DNA of 64,000 bases from an uncultured Desulfarculaceae bacterium (GCA_964514105.1 CAZEPJ010000003.1:41736-105735); one strand, 5' to 3'; counted from the stretch's first letter, positions 1 through 10,612 are shown. Numbers and translations are program-made. Notes: generated by a model from the letters alone, not told the origin.

Positions 1-383
1 CCGGCCACGGCGTTCTGCTCGGCGATGGCCGTGGGGAACCCCAACATGGCGGCCAGGAGCACCATGGGCCCCGCGGCAAACCCCCCCATGCCCAGGACCA
101 GATGGGGCCGGAAGGCCGCCAGGAGGCGCAGGCACTGGCAGGCCGTCCAGGGCAGGCCCGCCAGGGTCTTGAACCTGGCCCGCCAGCCCAACCCCATGAG
201 CCCCGAGGCGCGCACCGTCTTCAGGGGGAATCCGCGGGCCGGGACCACCCGCGCCTCCAGGCCCCGATCCGTCCCCACGAAGAGGATCTCGGCCTCCCCG
301 TCGGCCTCGCGCAGACCCTGCGCCACGCTCAGGGCCGGGAACAGATGACCGCCGGTCCCCCCCGCCGCGATGAGCCACCTCAT
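1..383 (-). CDS. murG: UDP-N-acetylglucosamine--N-acetylmuramyl-(pentapeptide) pyrophosphoryl-undecaprenol N-acetylglucosamine transferase MurG, N-terminal part; the gene runs off the window edge
   Basis: Reverse translation reads MRWLIAAGGTGGHLFPALSVAQGL..., the MurG N-terminal G-loop. Its ATG overlaps the ftsW stop as ATGA. It sits where murG is expected in the dcw order. Confidence 0.8.
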   Translation of the reverse strand, partial: MRWLIAAGGTGGHLFPALSVAQGLREADGEAEILFVGTDRGLEARVVPARGFPLKTVRASGLMGLGWRARFKTLAGLPWTACQCLRLLAAFRPHLVLGMGGFAAGPMVLLAAMLGFPTAIAEQNAVA

Positions 384-1516
384 GGCTTCTCCTCCCCCCG
401 CTGGGCCTGACCCGACAGGTGGATGAGGATCCCCACGGCCGTCAGACTCATCACCAGCGACGACCCGCCGTAGCTCAGAAACGGCAGGGCCATCCCCTTG
501 GTGGGCAGGAGCCCCATGGTCATGGCCATGTTGATGGTCATCTGAAGACCGAGCATGGCGACGATGCCCATGGCCAGCAGGGCGCCGAAGGGATCCTTGA
601 CGGCCATGGCGATGCGGGCCCCGCCGACCAGGAGCACCAGAAACAGGAGCGATACCACCACGATGCCCAGGAACCCCCACTCTTCGCCGATGACAGCGAT
701 GATGAAGTCCGTGTGGGGCTCCGGCAGGAAGAAGAGCTTCTGCCTGCCCATGCCCAGCCCCATGCCGAACAGCCCGCCGTTGGCCAGGGCGAAACACGAC
801 TGCTTGAGGTGGTAGGCCTCCTTGAGCGGGGCATTCCAGGGGGCCACGAAGTGCTCGAGAAAGGTGCCAATGCGCTCCCACTGGTACCCCTGCAGATGGC
901 TGTGGAGAAAGGGCACGGCGGCGGCCCCGGTGAGGAGCAGGTATCGAACCCGCACCCCCGCCAGGAACATCATAAGAAAGGCGAGGGCCCCCACGATGAG
1001 TGCGCTGCCCAGGTCCGGTTCCTTGAGCAGCAGGGCCATGAACAGGCCGGCCACCAGCATGTGGGGCAGAAAGCCGATGGAGAACCGACCGATGGTTCCC
1101 CGCTCCCGCTTCCTCGCCAGGGAGTACGCCAGGTACAGGACCAGGACCAGTTTGGCCGCCTCGGAGGGCTGGAACCCGATGCCCCCGGCCGAGAGCCAGC
1201 GGCTGGCGCCCCCCACCCTGTGGCCGAAGGGGGGGATGAACACGGCCACAAGCGCGACCAGGGCCAGCAGGAGCAGGGGATAGGCCAGCTGCCTGTATCC
1301 TCTGTAAGGGAAGTTGATGGCCAGGGCCATGCACAGGACCCCCACCACGGCGAAGACGGCCTGGCGGCGGAGAAAGTGGAAGGCGTCGCCGAATCGCTCC
1401 TGGGCCATGACGCAACTGGCGCTGTAGGTCATGACGATCCCGATGCCCACCAGGGCCAGGGCCGCCACCAGGATCGTCAGATCGTAATTCCTCAGCCGCT
1501 CCAAAGGGTCCCTCAT
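380..1516 (-). CDS. ftsW: Cell division/peptidoglycan polymerase FtsW (SEDS family)
   Basis: 378-aa multi-pass membrane protein with SEDS motifs (LDLGSALIV..., FIIAVIGEEWGF, GLLPTKGMALPFLSYGGSS). It lies between murD and murG. Confidence 0.9.
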   Translation of the reverse strand: MRDPLERLRNYDLTILVAALALVGIGIVMTYSASCVMAQERFGDAFHFLRRQAVFAVVGVLCMALAINFPYRGYRQLAYPLLLLALVALVAVFIPPFGHRVGGASRWLSAGGIGFQPSEAAKLVLVLYLAYSLARKRERGTIGRFSIGFLPHMLVAGLFMALLLKEPDLGSALIVGALAFLMMFLAGVRVRYLLLTGAAAVPFLHSHLQGYQWERIGTFLEHFVAPWNAPLKEAYHLKQSCFALANGGLFGMGLGMGRQKLFFLPEPHTDFIIAVIGEEWGFLGIVVVSLLFLVLLVGGARIAMAVKDPFGALLAMGIVAMLGLQMTINMAMTMGLLPTKGMALPFLSYGGSSLVMSLTAVGILIHLSGQAQRGEEKP

Positions 1517-2949
1517 TCCGTTTCAAGTCGCCGGGCCAGGTGCCGGACCTCCGTCTTGAAGTCCCTTCCCCTGGCCTCGTAGTCCCGATACTGATCGAAG
1601 CTGGAACATGCGGGGGAGAGCAGCACGGTGTCTCCGGGTCTGGCCAGCTCCATGGCCTTGGGCACGGCCTCGGCCATGTCCGCCACTCGGCACAGGGGGA
1701 CCGTGCCCTCCAGGGCCCGGGCCAGGGCCCCGGCCGCCTCGCCCAGGAGGACCACGGCGCGGGCCTTGGCCTGAACGGGTCGGCGCAGGGGCGCGAAGTC
1801 GATCCCTTTGTCCTTCCCCCCTGCGATGAGCACGGCGCGCCCGGAGACCCCCAGGAGGGCGGGGATCACGGCGCCCACGTTGGTGGCCTTGGAGTCGTTG
1901 ACGAAGCGCACCCCGCGGATCTTTGCCACCTCCTCCATGCGGTGCTCCAGGCCCGAGAAGGACGCGACCGCCTCCCGGACGACCGGCGTGGGACAGCCGG
2001 CGGCCGTTGCGCACAGGCAGGCGGCCATGAGGTTCTGGACACCGTGAGGTCCCCGGAGGGCCGGGTTCTCCACATGCAATCGCTCCTCCCCCGCCGCGCC
2101 CCTGAGGACCACGGCCTCCCCGTCCCAGGCGGCCCTCGCCCCCGCAGCACCCCCCAGGGTGAAGCCCCACACCGCCATGGCCTCGGGGCGGGGAACGGCG
2201 GCCATCACCTCGGGATCGTCCAGGTTCACAACGGCCACATCTCCCGGACCCTGCCGGGCAAAGATGCGGGCTTTGGCCCGCCGGTACTCGGCCAAGGTGG
2301 GGTGGCGCTCCACGTGATCCTCGGTGAGATTGAGGAGGGCCGCCACCCGGGGGTGAAAGCGTTCTGTCCCCTCGAGCTGGAAGCTGCTCGCCTCCACCAC
2401 GGCCCACTGGGGCGCCGGCGACATCTCCAGGGCCTCCACCAGCGGCCTGCCGATGTTGCCCCCCACGAACACCCGGTGCCCGGCCGCCTCCAGGGCCTTG
2501 CCCACCAGCGTCGTGGTGGTCGACTTGCCGTTGGTCCCGGTGATGGCCACCAGGGGGGCCTCCAGGAACCATGCGGCCAGTTCCATCTCCGCCACCACGG
2601 GGATCCCCCGGTCCCTGGCGCGCCTGAGGAGCTCCATCCCCCACGGGACCCCCGGACTGACCACGATCCCCTGGGCCTCCATGAAGATCCCCTCCTCGTG
2701 GGGGCCGAACCGGCAGCGCACCCCCAGCGGCTCCAGGTCCTGGCGAAGCCCGGGGTGGGCCTTCTCGGGCGCCCGCTCCACCAGGATGACCCGGGCCCCG
2801 CGCACCGCCAGGAACCGTGCCGCCGCCCGACCCGTCCGGGCCCCCCCCACCACCACCACGGCCATGCCGTCGAGGACCCAGGGGGCATCCACACCTCGGG
2901 TCACGGCCGCCTCCCATCCCGTTTGGTTCTTCCCCCCCATGCCCCTCAT
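1513..2949 (-). CDS. murD: UDP-N-acetylmuramoylalanine--D-glutamate ligase MurD
   Basis: The true frame lies inside the long 1513..4071 ORF and begins MRGMGGKNQ...[19 protein letters not shown]; it has the Mur ligase P-loop [11 protein letters not shown]. The start overlaps the mraY stop (ATGA) and the stop overlaps the ftsW start. Confidence 0.85.
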   Translation of the reverse strand: MRGMGGKNQTGWEAAVTRGVDAPWVLDGMAVVVVGGARTGRAAARFLAVRGARVILVERAPEKAHPGLRQDLEPLGVRCRFGPHEEGIFMEAQGIVVSPGVPWGMELLRRARDRGIPVVAEMELAAWFLEAPLVAITGTNGKSTTTTLVGKALEAAGHRVFVGGNIGRPLVEALEMSPAPQWAVVEASSFQLEGTERFHPRVAALLNLTEDHVERHPTLAEYRRAKARIFARQGPGDVAVVNLDDPEVMAAVPRPEAMAVWGFTLGGAAGARAAWDGEAVVLRGAAGEERLHVENPALRGPHGVQNLMAACLCATAAGCPTPVVREAVASFSGLEHRMEEVAKIRGVRFVNDSKATNVGAVIPALLGVSGRAVLIAGGKDKGIDFAPLRRPVQAKARAVVLLGEAAGALARALEGTVPLCRVADMAEAVPKAMELARPGDTVLLSPACSSFDQYRDYEARGRDFKTEVRHLARRLETE

Positions 2950-4022
2950 CTCAGCTTCAGCGTGCTGATGGCCAGCAGGCCCAGGAAAATGGACAGGATC
3001 CAGAATCGAACGATGATCTTGGGCTCGGCCCACCCCTTCATCTCGAAATGGTGGTGAATGGGCGCCATGCGGAAGATTCGCTTCCCCCACAGCTTGAATG
3101 AGGCCACCTGGAAGATCACCGAGAGGGCCTCGATGACGAAGATCCCTCCCACGATGGCCAGGAGGAACTCCTGCTTGGTCACCACCGCCACCGTCCCCAG
3201 GGCGGCCCCCAGGGAGAGAGAGCCCACATCCCCCATGAAGACCTCCGCCGGATAGGCGTTGAACCAGAGAAACCCCATGCCCGCCCCCACCAGGGCACCG
3301 CACAGAACGGCCAGTTCCCCCACCCCTGCCACGTACTGGATCTGCAGGTACTGAGCCGTCTTGATGTTGCCGGTGAGATACGAGAAGACCAGGTACGTCC
3401 CCGCCGCGATGGTCACAGGGCCGATGGCCAGCCCGTCGAGGCCATCGGTGAGGTTGACCGCGTTGGCGGCCCCGACGATGACGAACAGGGCAAAGGGGAT
3501 ATAGAACGGCCCCAGATCCGGCCGGATCTCCTTGAAGAAGGGGACGCTCAGCTGGGTGGAGAAGCCGGGGTGCTCGGCCAGGACCAGTGCGGCCAGGCCG
3601 GCGATGATGAACTCCAGGACGAGGCGAAGCCTTCCGCTGATCCCCTTGTGGCTCCGTTTGCGCACAACCCGCAGGTCGTCCCAGAAGCCCACGGCTCCGA
3701 ACCCCAACGTGGTCAGCAGGACCACCCAGACGTACGTATTGGTCAGATCCGCCCAGAGGAGGGTGGCCGTGGCCGCGGCGCACAGGATGAGGACCCCGCC
3801 CATGGTGGGCGTCCCCTCCTTGCTCAGATGACTGGCCGGACCGTCGGGTCGGATGAACTGTCCCACGGACCGGCCCCGGAGCCTTCGGATCATCCAGGGA
3901 CCCAGGACCCAACAGAGCAGCAGGGCCGTCACCACCGCGTAGATGGTCCGGAAGGTGATGTATCGAAACACGTTGAAAAACGTGCTCCATTCGACCAGGG
4001 GGTAAAGCAGGTGGTACAGCAT
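2946..4022 (-). CDS. mraY: Phospho-N-acetylmuramoyl-pentapeptide transferase MraY
   Basis: 358-aa polytopic membrane protein with MraY signatures ([30 protein letters not shown]). Confidence 0.9.
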   Translation of the reverse strand: MLYHLLYPLVEWSTFFNVFRYITFRTIYAVVTALLLCWVLGPWMIRRLRGRSVGQFIRPDGPASHLSKEGTPTMGGVLILCAAATATLLWADLTNTYVWVVLLTTLGFGAVGFWDDLRVVRKRSHKGISGRLRLVLEFIIAGLAALVLAEHPGFSTQLSVPFFKEIRPDLGPFYIPFALFVIVGAANAVNLTDGLDGLAIGPVTIAAGTYLVFSYLTGNIKTAQYLQIQYVAGVGELAVLCGALVGAGMGFLWFNAYPAEVFMGDVGSLSLGAALGTVAVVTKQEFLLAIVGGIFVIEALSVIFQVASFKLWGKRIFRMAPIHHHFEMKGWAEPKIIVRFWILSIFLGLLAISTLKLR

Positions 4023-4075
4023 CGCCCGCCTCAGTCAGGATCCGGCCAGAAGGCCCATGGGGCGTCCGCACGCCC

Positions 4076-5515
4076 TCAGCGGCCGCGGGCCGGATCGCCT
4101 TCCCCGAAGGACTCTCGAAGCCCCTCCACGACCCGTTCCATTGCCATGCCCCGAGACCCCTTCACCAACACCCAGTCCCCGTCGGCGCAGCACCCCCGCA
4201 GCAGTTCCAGGGCCTCGGCAGCCGAGGCCACACAGTGGATCTCCGCGGGGGGCGAAGGGGAGGCAAGGGCCCCCTGGGTCAACGTCCGGGCCCAGGACCC
4301 CACGGCCACCAGCACGGTCACGCCCAGGCGCGCCGCCTCCCGGCCGATCTCCCGGTGGGCCTCCTCGGCGTAGTCCCCCAGTTCCCTCATTTCCCCCAAC
4401 ACGGCCACGCGCCGGGACGGCGCCAGCCGGCACAGGAGTTCCAGGGCGGCCGCCATGGAGGCGGGGTTGGCGTTGTAGGCATCGTCGATGAGGTGCATGC
4501 CCCGGCCCAGAGGGACCACGCTCAGGCGCCCCGGGAAGGGGCGAAAGCCCTCCAGGCCCGCCACGATCTCGTCCAGGTCCATCCCCATGGCCCAGGCCCC
4601 TGCGGCCGCCGCCAGTCCGTTGCGCACCATGGGCGTGCCTTGGGCCTGCATGGCGATACCGCGCCGCTCCCCCCCCACCCGCAGGACCCAGCGGGCCCCC
4701 GTTGGGCCGAAGGGGTCCACGGCCTCTGCCCGGAGCTGGGCGTCGGGGGCCTCGCCGAAGGTGACCCGCCGGGCCCGGCAGGAGGCGGCCAACCGCGCCA
4801 CCCAGGGGTCGTCCAGGTTCACCACGGCGGTATCCCCGGGACCCAGGGCCTCGAACAGCTCGCCCTTGGCCCGGGCCACCCCTTCCAAGGACCCCAACCC
4901 CTGGAGATGGGCCGGGGCCACCTGGGTGATCAACCCCCACTGGGGTCGCGCGATCTCGGCCAGCCGTCGGATCTCCCCGGGCTCGTTCATCCCCATCTCC
5001 AGGACCACCATCCCGTGCCTCTGCCGCAGGTCCAGGAGGGTCAGAGGCAGCCCGATTCGGTTGTTGAGATTCCCGCTGTTCTTGAGGGTGGCGTGGCGCC
5101 TGGACAGAATCCCCGCCACCATCTCCTTGGTCGTGGTCTTACCGTTGCTGCCCGTGATGGCCAGCAGTGGTGCGGGGTGCCTCCCCCGCCAATGGCGCGC
5201 GATCTCCCCCAGCCCGTACAGGGTGTCGTCCACCTCGATGAACCCCACCTGCTCGCGCCACCCCGCCGGCGGCCTCTGCAGCGACCCCCGGCGCCCCATG
5301 ACGGCCCCGGCCCCCCGGGCCACGGCCGCGGCAAAGAAGTCGTGACCGTCGAACCGATCCCCCTTGATGGCGATGAAGAGCTCGCCCGGCCGCAGGGTAC
5401 GGCTGTCCGTGGAAACGCCCGAAAGGCCGGCCCCGGGATCCCCCCCCAGCAATGTCCCGTGCGAGGCCTCCGCCGCCTCCCCCAGGGTCAGGAAGGCCTC
5501 GCCGCAGGGCGTCAT
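4076..5515 (-). CDS. murF: UDP-N-acetylmuramoyl-tripeptide--D-alanyl-D-alanine ligase MurF
   Basis: Real start is at MTPCGEAFLTLGEAAEASHGTLLGG inside ORF 4076..5755. It has the Mur ligase P-loop ITGSNGKTTTKEM and the expected C-terminal domain. Its ATG overlaps the murE stop. Confidence 0.85.
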   Translation of the reverse strand: MTPCGEAFLTLGEAAEASHGTLLGGDPGAGLSGVSTDSRTLRPGELFIAIKGDRFDGHDFFAAAVARGAGAVMGRRGSLQRPPAGWREQVGFIEVDDTLYGLGEIARHWRGRHPAPLLAITGSNGKTTTKEMVAGILSRRHATLKNSGNLNNRIGLPLTLLDLRQRHGMVVLEMGMNEPGEIRRLAEIARPQWGLITQVAPAHLQGLGSLEGVARAKGELFEALGPGDTAVVNLDDPWVARLAASCRARRVTFGEAPDAQLRAEAVDPFGPTGARWVLRVGGERRGIAMQAQGTPMVRNGLAAAAGAWAMGMDLDEIVAGLEGFRPFPGRLSVVPLGRGMHLIDDAYNANPASMAAALELLCRLAPSRRVAVLGEMRELGDYAEEAHREIGREAARLGVTVLVAVGSWARTLTQGALASPSPPAEIHCVASAAEALELLRGCCADGDWVLVKGSRGMAMERVVEGLRESFGEGDPARGR

Positions 5516-7059
5516 TCCCCCAACTCCTCCAGGGCCTTGCGGGCCACCTCCCGGTCGTCGAACGGGATGGTCCCGTGGCCCAGGATCTGGTAGGTCTCGT
5601 GGCCCTTGCCGGCGATGACCACCAGGTCTCCGGCTCCAGCCCACCGGATGGCCGCGCGGATGGCCGCTGCACGATCCTCCACCACCGCGTACCCGCGTCC
5701 CGCCGGCGCGCCCCGGGAGACGGGCAGTTGGGGAAGCGCCGTCCCAGGCCCGCACAGACCGGCCACCACCTCGGCGATGATCGCCGCCGGCGGCTCGCTC
5801 CTGGGATTGTCCGAGGTGACCACCACCAGATCACTGTGGCGGGCGGCCACCTGGGCCATGAGGGGCCGCTTGCCTCGATCCCGGTCCCCGCCGCATCCGA
5901 ATACGCAGATGAGCCGCCCCCTGGTCAACGCCCGGGCCGAGGCCAGGGTCCGGTCCAGGGCGTCGGGGGTGTGGGCATAATCCACCACCACGGCGAACCC
6001 GCGGCGGTTCTCCACCGGCTCGAAGCGCCCGGGCACGCCCCGGAGGGCCGCCAGCCCCTCCCGCCAGTGGGCCGCGGCCACGCCCAGGGCCCAGGCGCAG
6101 GCGCACGCCGCCAGGGCATTGGATACGGTGTACTGGCCCAGCAACGGGGTGAAGATCTCGGTCTCGCCCTCGGGGTGGGCGATGACCATGCGCGTGCCAT
6201 GGGGGCCCAGGGACCAGTTGAGCGCGCGAAACACCGAACGGCGTCCCTCCCCGTACCAGATGACCCGCCCCCGGCACCCCTTGACCAATTGCCGGGATGC
6301 GGGGTCCTGGGCGTTGAACAGGGCCCATCCGCCGTCGGCCTCGGGGATGAGGTGCTCGCGGAACAGGCGCCCCTTGGCCGCAAGATACGAGGCCATCTGC
6401 CCGTGGTAGTCCAGGTGATCGCGGCTCAGGTTCGTGAAGGCCGCCCCCCGGAAGGCGCACCCCAGGACCCGCTGCTGGTCCAAAGCGTGGGAGGTGACCT
6501 CCATCAGCGCATGGCTGGTCCCGGCATGGACCATTTCCCGGAGCATGCGCTGCAGATCCAGGGACTCGGGGGTGGTGTTGGGGGCCTCCAGGACCCTCTC
6601 CCCGTACCGATACGCGATGGTGCCCAGGACGCCCACCTTGTATCCCGCCGACCGGAGCACGGACTCCAGGATGTGGACCGTGCTGGTCTTGCCGTTGGTC
6701 CCCGTGATCCCGATCAGGATGAGGTCCCGGGAAGGGTGGCCGTAGAAGGCGCAGGCCAGCCTGGCCAGGGCTACGCGCCCGTTGGGGACCTGGACTTGAG
6801 CAACTGCCTCGGGCAGGGACCGATCCAGGCGTTCCACCACCACTGCACAGGCGCCCCGCTGCAGGGCGTCTGCCAGGTAGCGATGCCCGTGCTCCCGGGT
6901 CCCCGCAACGGCCACGAACAGGAATCCGGGCCCGACCGCCCCGGAGTGGTACGCGATGCCTCGAACCGGGACGTCCAGCGGCCCCCGGGATCCCGTCACA
7001 TCCAGGGCCCGCAGGAGGCTGGAGAGCGTCGTGGAATACCCTTGCCCCATCTGGTGCAT
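5512..7059 (-). CDS. murE: UDP-N-acetylmuramoyl-L-alanyl-D-glutamate--2,6-diaminopimelate ligase MurE
   Basis: 515 aa with the Mur ligase P-loop GITGTNGKTST and a DNPR-type motif (VVTSDNPRSE) typical of meso-DAP-adding MurE. Confidence 0.9.
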   Translation of the reverse strand: MHQMGQGYSTTLSSLLRALDVTGSRGPLDVPVRGIAYHSGAVGPGFLFVAVAGTREHGHRYLADALQRGACAVVVERLDRSLPEAVAQVQVPNGRVALARLACAFYGHPSRDLILIGITGTNGKTSTVHILESVLRSAGYKVGVLGTIAYRYGERVLEAPNTTPESLDLQRMLREMVHAGTSHALMEVTSHALDQQRVLGCAFRGAAFTNLSRDHLDYHGQMASYLAAKGRLFREHLIPEADGGWALFNAQDPASRQLVKGCRGRVIWYGEGRRSVFRALNWSLGPHGTRMVIAHPEGETEIFTPLLGQYTVSNALAACACAWALGVAAAHWREGLAALRGVPGRFEPVENRRGFAVVVDYAHTPDALDRTLASARALTRGRLICVFGCGGDRDRGKRPLMAQVAARHSDLVVVTSDNPRSEPPAAIIAEVVAGLCGPGTALPQLPVSRGAPAGRGYAVVEDRAAAIRAAIRWAGAGDLVVIAGKGHETYQILGHGTIPFDDREVARKALEELGE

Positions 7060-7089
7060 CGCCGCCCCTTTATGTCCGCCTCAGCCCAT

Positions 7090-8856
7090 TCATTGAACGG
7101 CCTGCCCTGCCAACTTGGCCGCCCCTTCTCCGCCCCCCTTGGCGACCAGCTTGTCCTCGGGATAGACTCCCAGGATCCCCAGGGCGTCCCGGGCGATTTC
7201 GCGGAAGACCGGGGCGGCCACCTGACCCCCGTAGATGTTCCCCTGGGGCTCGTCCATGACCACCAGGATGCAGAGTCTGGCCTCCCGGGCCGGCACGAAC
7301 CCCGCGAAGGATGCCATGTACTTCCCCTTGAGATATCCCCCGTGGCGGAGGTCGGGCTTCTGCGCCGTGCCCGTCTTGCCCGCCACCCGAAACCCCTCGA
7401 TGGCCGACTGCGCCCCTGTACCCTCGGGACCGACAACGGCCGTGAGCATCTGGGTCACCTGTCGCGCCACCTCCGGGGAGACCACGGGGCCCAGTTCCTC
7501 AGGGATCCGGCGCTCCACGCTGTTGCCCTGGGCGTCCAGGATCTCGCGGACCACGAAGGGCCGCATCATCCGCCCGTCGTTAGCCAGGGCCGCGTACGCA
7601 GCGGTGAGCTGGAGCGCCGTCACCGAGATCCCCTGGCCAAAGGAGATGTTGGCCAGCTCGATGGGGGCCCACTTGGGGGGCCTGACCACCCCAGAGGCCT
7701 CCCCGGGGATGTCGATGCCCGAGGGGCGCCCGAAGCCGAAGCCCTTGATGTACGGCAGCAGGCGCTCCGCCCCCAGGGACATGCCCACCTTGGCCGCCCC
7801 AATGTTGCTCGACTTCTGGATGACCCCCGATAGGGTGAGCACGCCGTATCGGTGGACGTCGTGGATCGTCTTGTCGTAGATGCGATACACGCCGTTTTCA
7901 CAGTTGAGGGTATCCGTGGGCTTCCAGGCCTTCTCCTCCAGGGCAGCGGCCACCACCATGGGTTTGAAGGAGGAGCCGGGCTCGAAGCTGTCGGTGGCCG
8001 AGCGGTTCTTGAGCTGCTCTCGCGGGAACTGGGTATACGTGTTGGGATTGAATCGGGGAGCATTGGCCATGGCCAGGATCTCCCCGGTCCTGGGATCCAT
8101 CACCACGGCCATGCCGCTCCGGGAGCGGGAGTTCTCCACTCCCTCCAGGAGGCGCTGCTCGGCCACGTGCTGGATCTCCTTGTGCAGGGTCAACACCAGG
8201 TTGTGCCCGTCTTTTCGGGCCACGATGAGCCCCTCGGGGGACGCCAGGGGCCGGCCCAGGGCGTCCTGGTCCACCAGGACCCGACTCTTCTCCCCGCGCA
8301 GGAGCCGGTCGTACTGGTATTCCAGCCCGTCCATCCCCTGTCCGTCCAGCCCCACGTACCCCAGCAGGTGGCATGCGAGCTCCAGATTGGGATAAAAGCG
8401 TCGAGTCTCCTGGATGACCCCGATGCCCTGCAAACCCATGGACCGCACCCGGGCGCTCACCGTGGGGACCACCTGACGTTTGACCCACAGGAAGCGATCC
8501 TCTTGCTTGAGCTTGTTTGCCAGGGCCGCGACCTCCATGTCCAGGACCGGGGCCAGGCGCCGGGCCGTGGCCAGAGGGTCCTCGATCTTCCGGGGCCTGG
8601 CGTAGATCGAGTCCACGGGGATGCTGATGGCCAGGTCCTCGCCGTTTCTGTCGTAAATGCTCCCCCGGGCGGGCAACAGCGTGATGTCCCGCTGGTAGAT
8701 CCCCTGGACCTCCTGGCGCAGCTTCTCTCCGTGGTGGATCTGGATGCGGTAGGCCTGAAACTGGATCGCGCCCAGGGCCAGGAGGATCCCCACCACCAGG
8801 AGGAAAAACCTGAAGCGCATCCAGTCCCTTTCCTTGGGCGGCCGGTCCCTTTTCAT
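7090..8856 (-). CDS. ftsI: Peptidoglycan D,D-transpeptidase FtsI (PBP3)
   Basis: 588 aa with an N-terminal TM anchor and a PBP dimerisation region. Transpeptidase motifs are present: SxxK (GSSFKP), SxN (SSN) and KTG (KTGTAQ). The start overlaps the ftsL stop. Confidence 0.9.
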   Translation of the reverse strand: MKRDRPPKERDWMRFRFFLLVVGILLALGAIQFQAYRIQIHHGEKLRQEVQGIYQRDITLLPARGSIYDRNGEDLAISIPVDSIYARPRKIEDPLATARRLAPVLDMEVAALANKLKQEDRFLWVKRQVVPTVSARVRSMGLQGIGVIQETRRFYPNLELACHLLGYVGLDGQGMDGLEYQYDRLLRGEKSRVLVDQDALGRPLASPEGLIVARKDGHNLVLTLHKEIQHVAEQRLLEGVENSRSRSGMAVVMDPRTGEILAMANAPRFNPNTYTQFPREQLKNRSATDSFEPGSSFKPMVVAAALEEKAWKPTDTLNCENGVYRIYDKTIHDVHRYGVLTLSGVIQKSSNIGAAKVGMSLGAERLLPYIKGFGFGRPSGIDIPGEASGVVRPPKWAPIELANISFGQGISVTALQLTAAYAALANDGRMMRPFVVREILDAQGNSVERRIPEELGPVVSPEVARQVTQMLTAVVGPEGTGAQSAIEGFRVAGKTGTAQKPDLRHGGYLKGKYMASFAGFVPAREARLCILVVMDEPQGNIYGGQVAAPVFREIARDALGILGVYPEDKLVAKGGGEGAAKLAGQAVQ

Positions 8857-9200
8857 GGCACGCGCACCACCTCATTGAGCCTGGGATAGTGCAGCTTGAA
8901 CCGTTTTCGAGCCACCTCCTCCAGCTGCTTGGGCGACGTGTACGTGGCCCAAGCCAGGCGGAGGGTCCTGTTCTCCATCTGCAGACGCACCTGTTCCCTC
9001 TGGGCCTCCTCCAGGAGGTATCGCTCGTGGAGGACCGTGGCCCGGGCCCGGACGTAAACCAGGCAGCCCACGGTCAGAAAGCAGATCAGGATCACGCAGG
9101 GCACCAGGTTGAGACGAAGGGGCCGCGCTCGCCTGAGGCGGGTCCGGATCGTCCGCCCGACCCTGGGCGGGGTCCCCCTGGGAAGGGCTAGGGCCTCCAT
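8853..9200 (-). CDS. ftsL: Cell division protein FtsL-like (small bitopic coiled-coil protein)
   Basis: 115 aa with a single TM segment (LVPCVILICFLTVGCLVYV) followed by a coiled-coil, in the ftsL position between rsmH and ftsI. A GGAGGT RBS lies 5 nt upstream. It overlaps the rsmH 3' end by 13 nt. Confidence 0.6.
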   Translation of the reverse strand: MEALALPRGTPPRVGRTIRTRLRRARPLRLNLVPCVILICFLTVGCLVYVRARATVLHERYLLEEAQREQVRLQMENRTLRLAWATYTSPKQLEEVARKRFKLHYPRLNEVVRVP

Positions 9201-10108
9201 GGGGGACCTCCGGCGATCCGCTCCAGGACGCGCAGCTTGGCGCTCCGCGACCTGGGGTTCGCCTTCACCTCATGGTCCCGGGGCCGGATCGGCTTGGGAG
9301 TCAGGACGCGGTATGCGCTCTCCGGCCCCTTTCCAGCCGTCTCACGGAATCGCTGCTTCACGAGACGGTCCTCCAGGGAATGGTACGTCAGCACGCAGAG
9401 CCGGCCCCCCGCGTTGAGGCAACCGACCCCCGAGCGGATCCCCCGTTCCAGGTTGGCCAGCTCGTGGTTCACCGCAATCCTCAGCGCCTGAAACACCCGC
9501 GTGGCCGGGTGGATCCGCCCCCGCCGCCCCCGCGAGACCCGCTGCACCAGTTCGGCCAGGGCGGCCGTGGTGGCGATGGGGCGGGACCGGACGATGGCCC
9601 GGGCGATGCGCCCCGCCAGCGGCTCTTCCCCCAGGGTGCGCAGGAGATTCCGGAGTTCCGCCTCGCAGCGATGGTTGACGATCTCTGCCGCCGTCACGCC
9701 CCCCCCCGGGTTGAACCGCATATCCAGGGGGCCGCTGGCCCGGAAGGAGAACCCCCTGGGCCCCGAGGTCAGCTGTTCGTAGGAGGCCCCCAGATCCAGG
9801 AGAATCCCATCCACCCCTTGTACGCCATGCATGGCCAGGATCTCCCGGATCTCCGCGTAGTTCCCCACCACCAGGGTGACCCGCTCCCCGAAGGACGCCA
9901 GGGCCTTTCGGGCCCGCTCCACGCCGTCGGGGTCCCAGTCGATCCCCAGGAGGCGCCCGTGGGGGCCGATCCCCTCCAAGATCCGCCGGGAATGCCCCCC
10001 ACCGCCCACCGTCCCGTCCACATACGCGCCGCCTGCGCGGAGGTTGAGCCCTTCCAGCACCTCCGCCACCATCACGGGCTCGTGGGCCCGTCCGGCCCCC
10101 TCATCCAC
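9188..10108 (-). CDS. rsmH: 16S rRNA (cytosine1402-N4)-methyltransferase RsmH (MraW)
   Basis: Conserved HEPVMVAEVLEGLNL...YVDGTVGGGGHSRRIL N-terminus and a SAM-methyltransferase fold. The start is uncertain: GTG at 10108 or ATG at 10072. The 5' part of ORF 9188..10312 is probably not translated. Confidence 0.85.
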   Translation of the reverse strand: MDEGAGRAHEPVMVAEVLEGLNLRAGGAYVDGTVGGGGHSRRILEGIGPHGRLLGIDWDPDGVERARKALASFGERVTLVVGNYAEIREILAMHGVQGVDGILLDLGASYEQLTSGPRGFSFRASGPLDMRFNPGGGVTAAEIVNHRCEAELRNLLRTLGEEPLAGRIARAIVRSRPIATTAALAELVQRVSRGRRGRIHPATRVFQALRIAVNHELANLERGIRSGVGCLNAGGRLCVLTYHSLEDRLVKQRFRETAGKGPESAYRVLTPKPIRPRDHEVKANPRSRSAKLRVLERIAGGPPWRP

Positions 10109-10128
10109 GGGCGGTGGCGCCCAGCGGG

Positions 10129-10557
10129 CTACAGGTACTGCCGCAGCACCATGCGCATGGCATCGATGTTCTCCGGCTTGGGCTTCCAGAGCTCGGGGCT
10201 CCAGATCTCGAACTTCTCCAGGAGCCCGACGAACAGGGCCTCCCGCTGGAGCTGCGCGTGCTCCCTGAGGCTCGGCGGGATCAGGATGCGCCCCTGCCGA
10301 TCCAAGGGGCACTCCTGGGCCCCCGAGATATAAAACCGCTTGAACTGAAGGGTCTCCGGGACGAAGTTGGGGAGCGTCTGGACCCGCTTTTCCTCGTCCA
10401 GCCAGGTCTCCACGGGGAAGGCCACCAGGCAGGGGTCCAGGTCGTTGGTCACCACGAAGGCCTGCTGTTCCCTGCCGTTGAGCACCTCGCGGAACCGGGA
10501 TGGAATGCTCACCCGCCCCTTGGTGTCGATGGCATGGGTGTACCGTCCTCGGAACAT
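10129..10557 (-). CDS. mraZ: Transcriptional regulator MraZ
   Basis: Starts MFRGRYTHAIDTKGRVSIPSRFRE... and shows the duplicated MraZ fold signature, about 142 aa. It is the first gene of the dcw cluster. Confidence 0.9.
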   Translation of the reverse strand: MFRGRYTHAIDTKGRVSIPSRFREVLNGREQQAFVVTNDLDPCLVAFPVETWLDEEKRVQTLPNFVPETLQFKRFYISGAQECPLDRQGRILIPPSLREHAQLQREALFVGLLEKFEIWSPELWKPKPENIDAMRMVLRQYL

Positions 10558-10612
10558 GGAGACCTCGCCCCGCCCTTTGCCACTTCTCCCCACTTCATCC
10601 CACTGAAGCGCC

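Noticed and set aside
1523-2917. 464-aa minus-strand ORF (G/R/P-rich) overlapping murD in another frame; similar overlapping ORFs at 1540..3057 (+) and 2226..2894 (-)
   Set aside because: The translations are low-complexity Gly/Arg/Pro runs typical of off-frame reading of high-GC coding DNA. They overlap a well-supported Mur ligase gene completely.
5452-7833. 793-aa plus-strand ORF antisense to murE/ftsI
   Set aside because: It runs antisense to two strongly supported genes, has a G/P/R/H-rich composition and no recognisable domain or RBS. It is an artefact of GC-rich antisense strands lacking stop codons.
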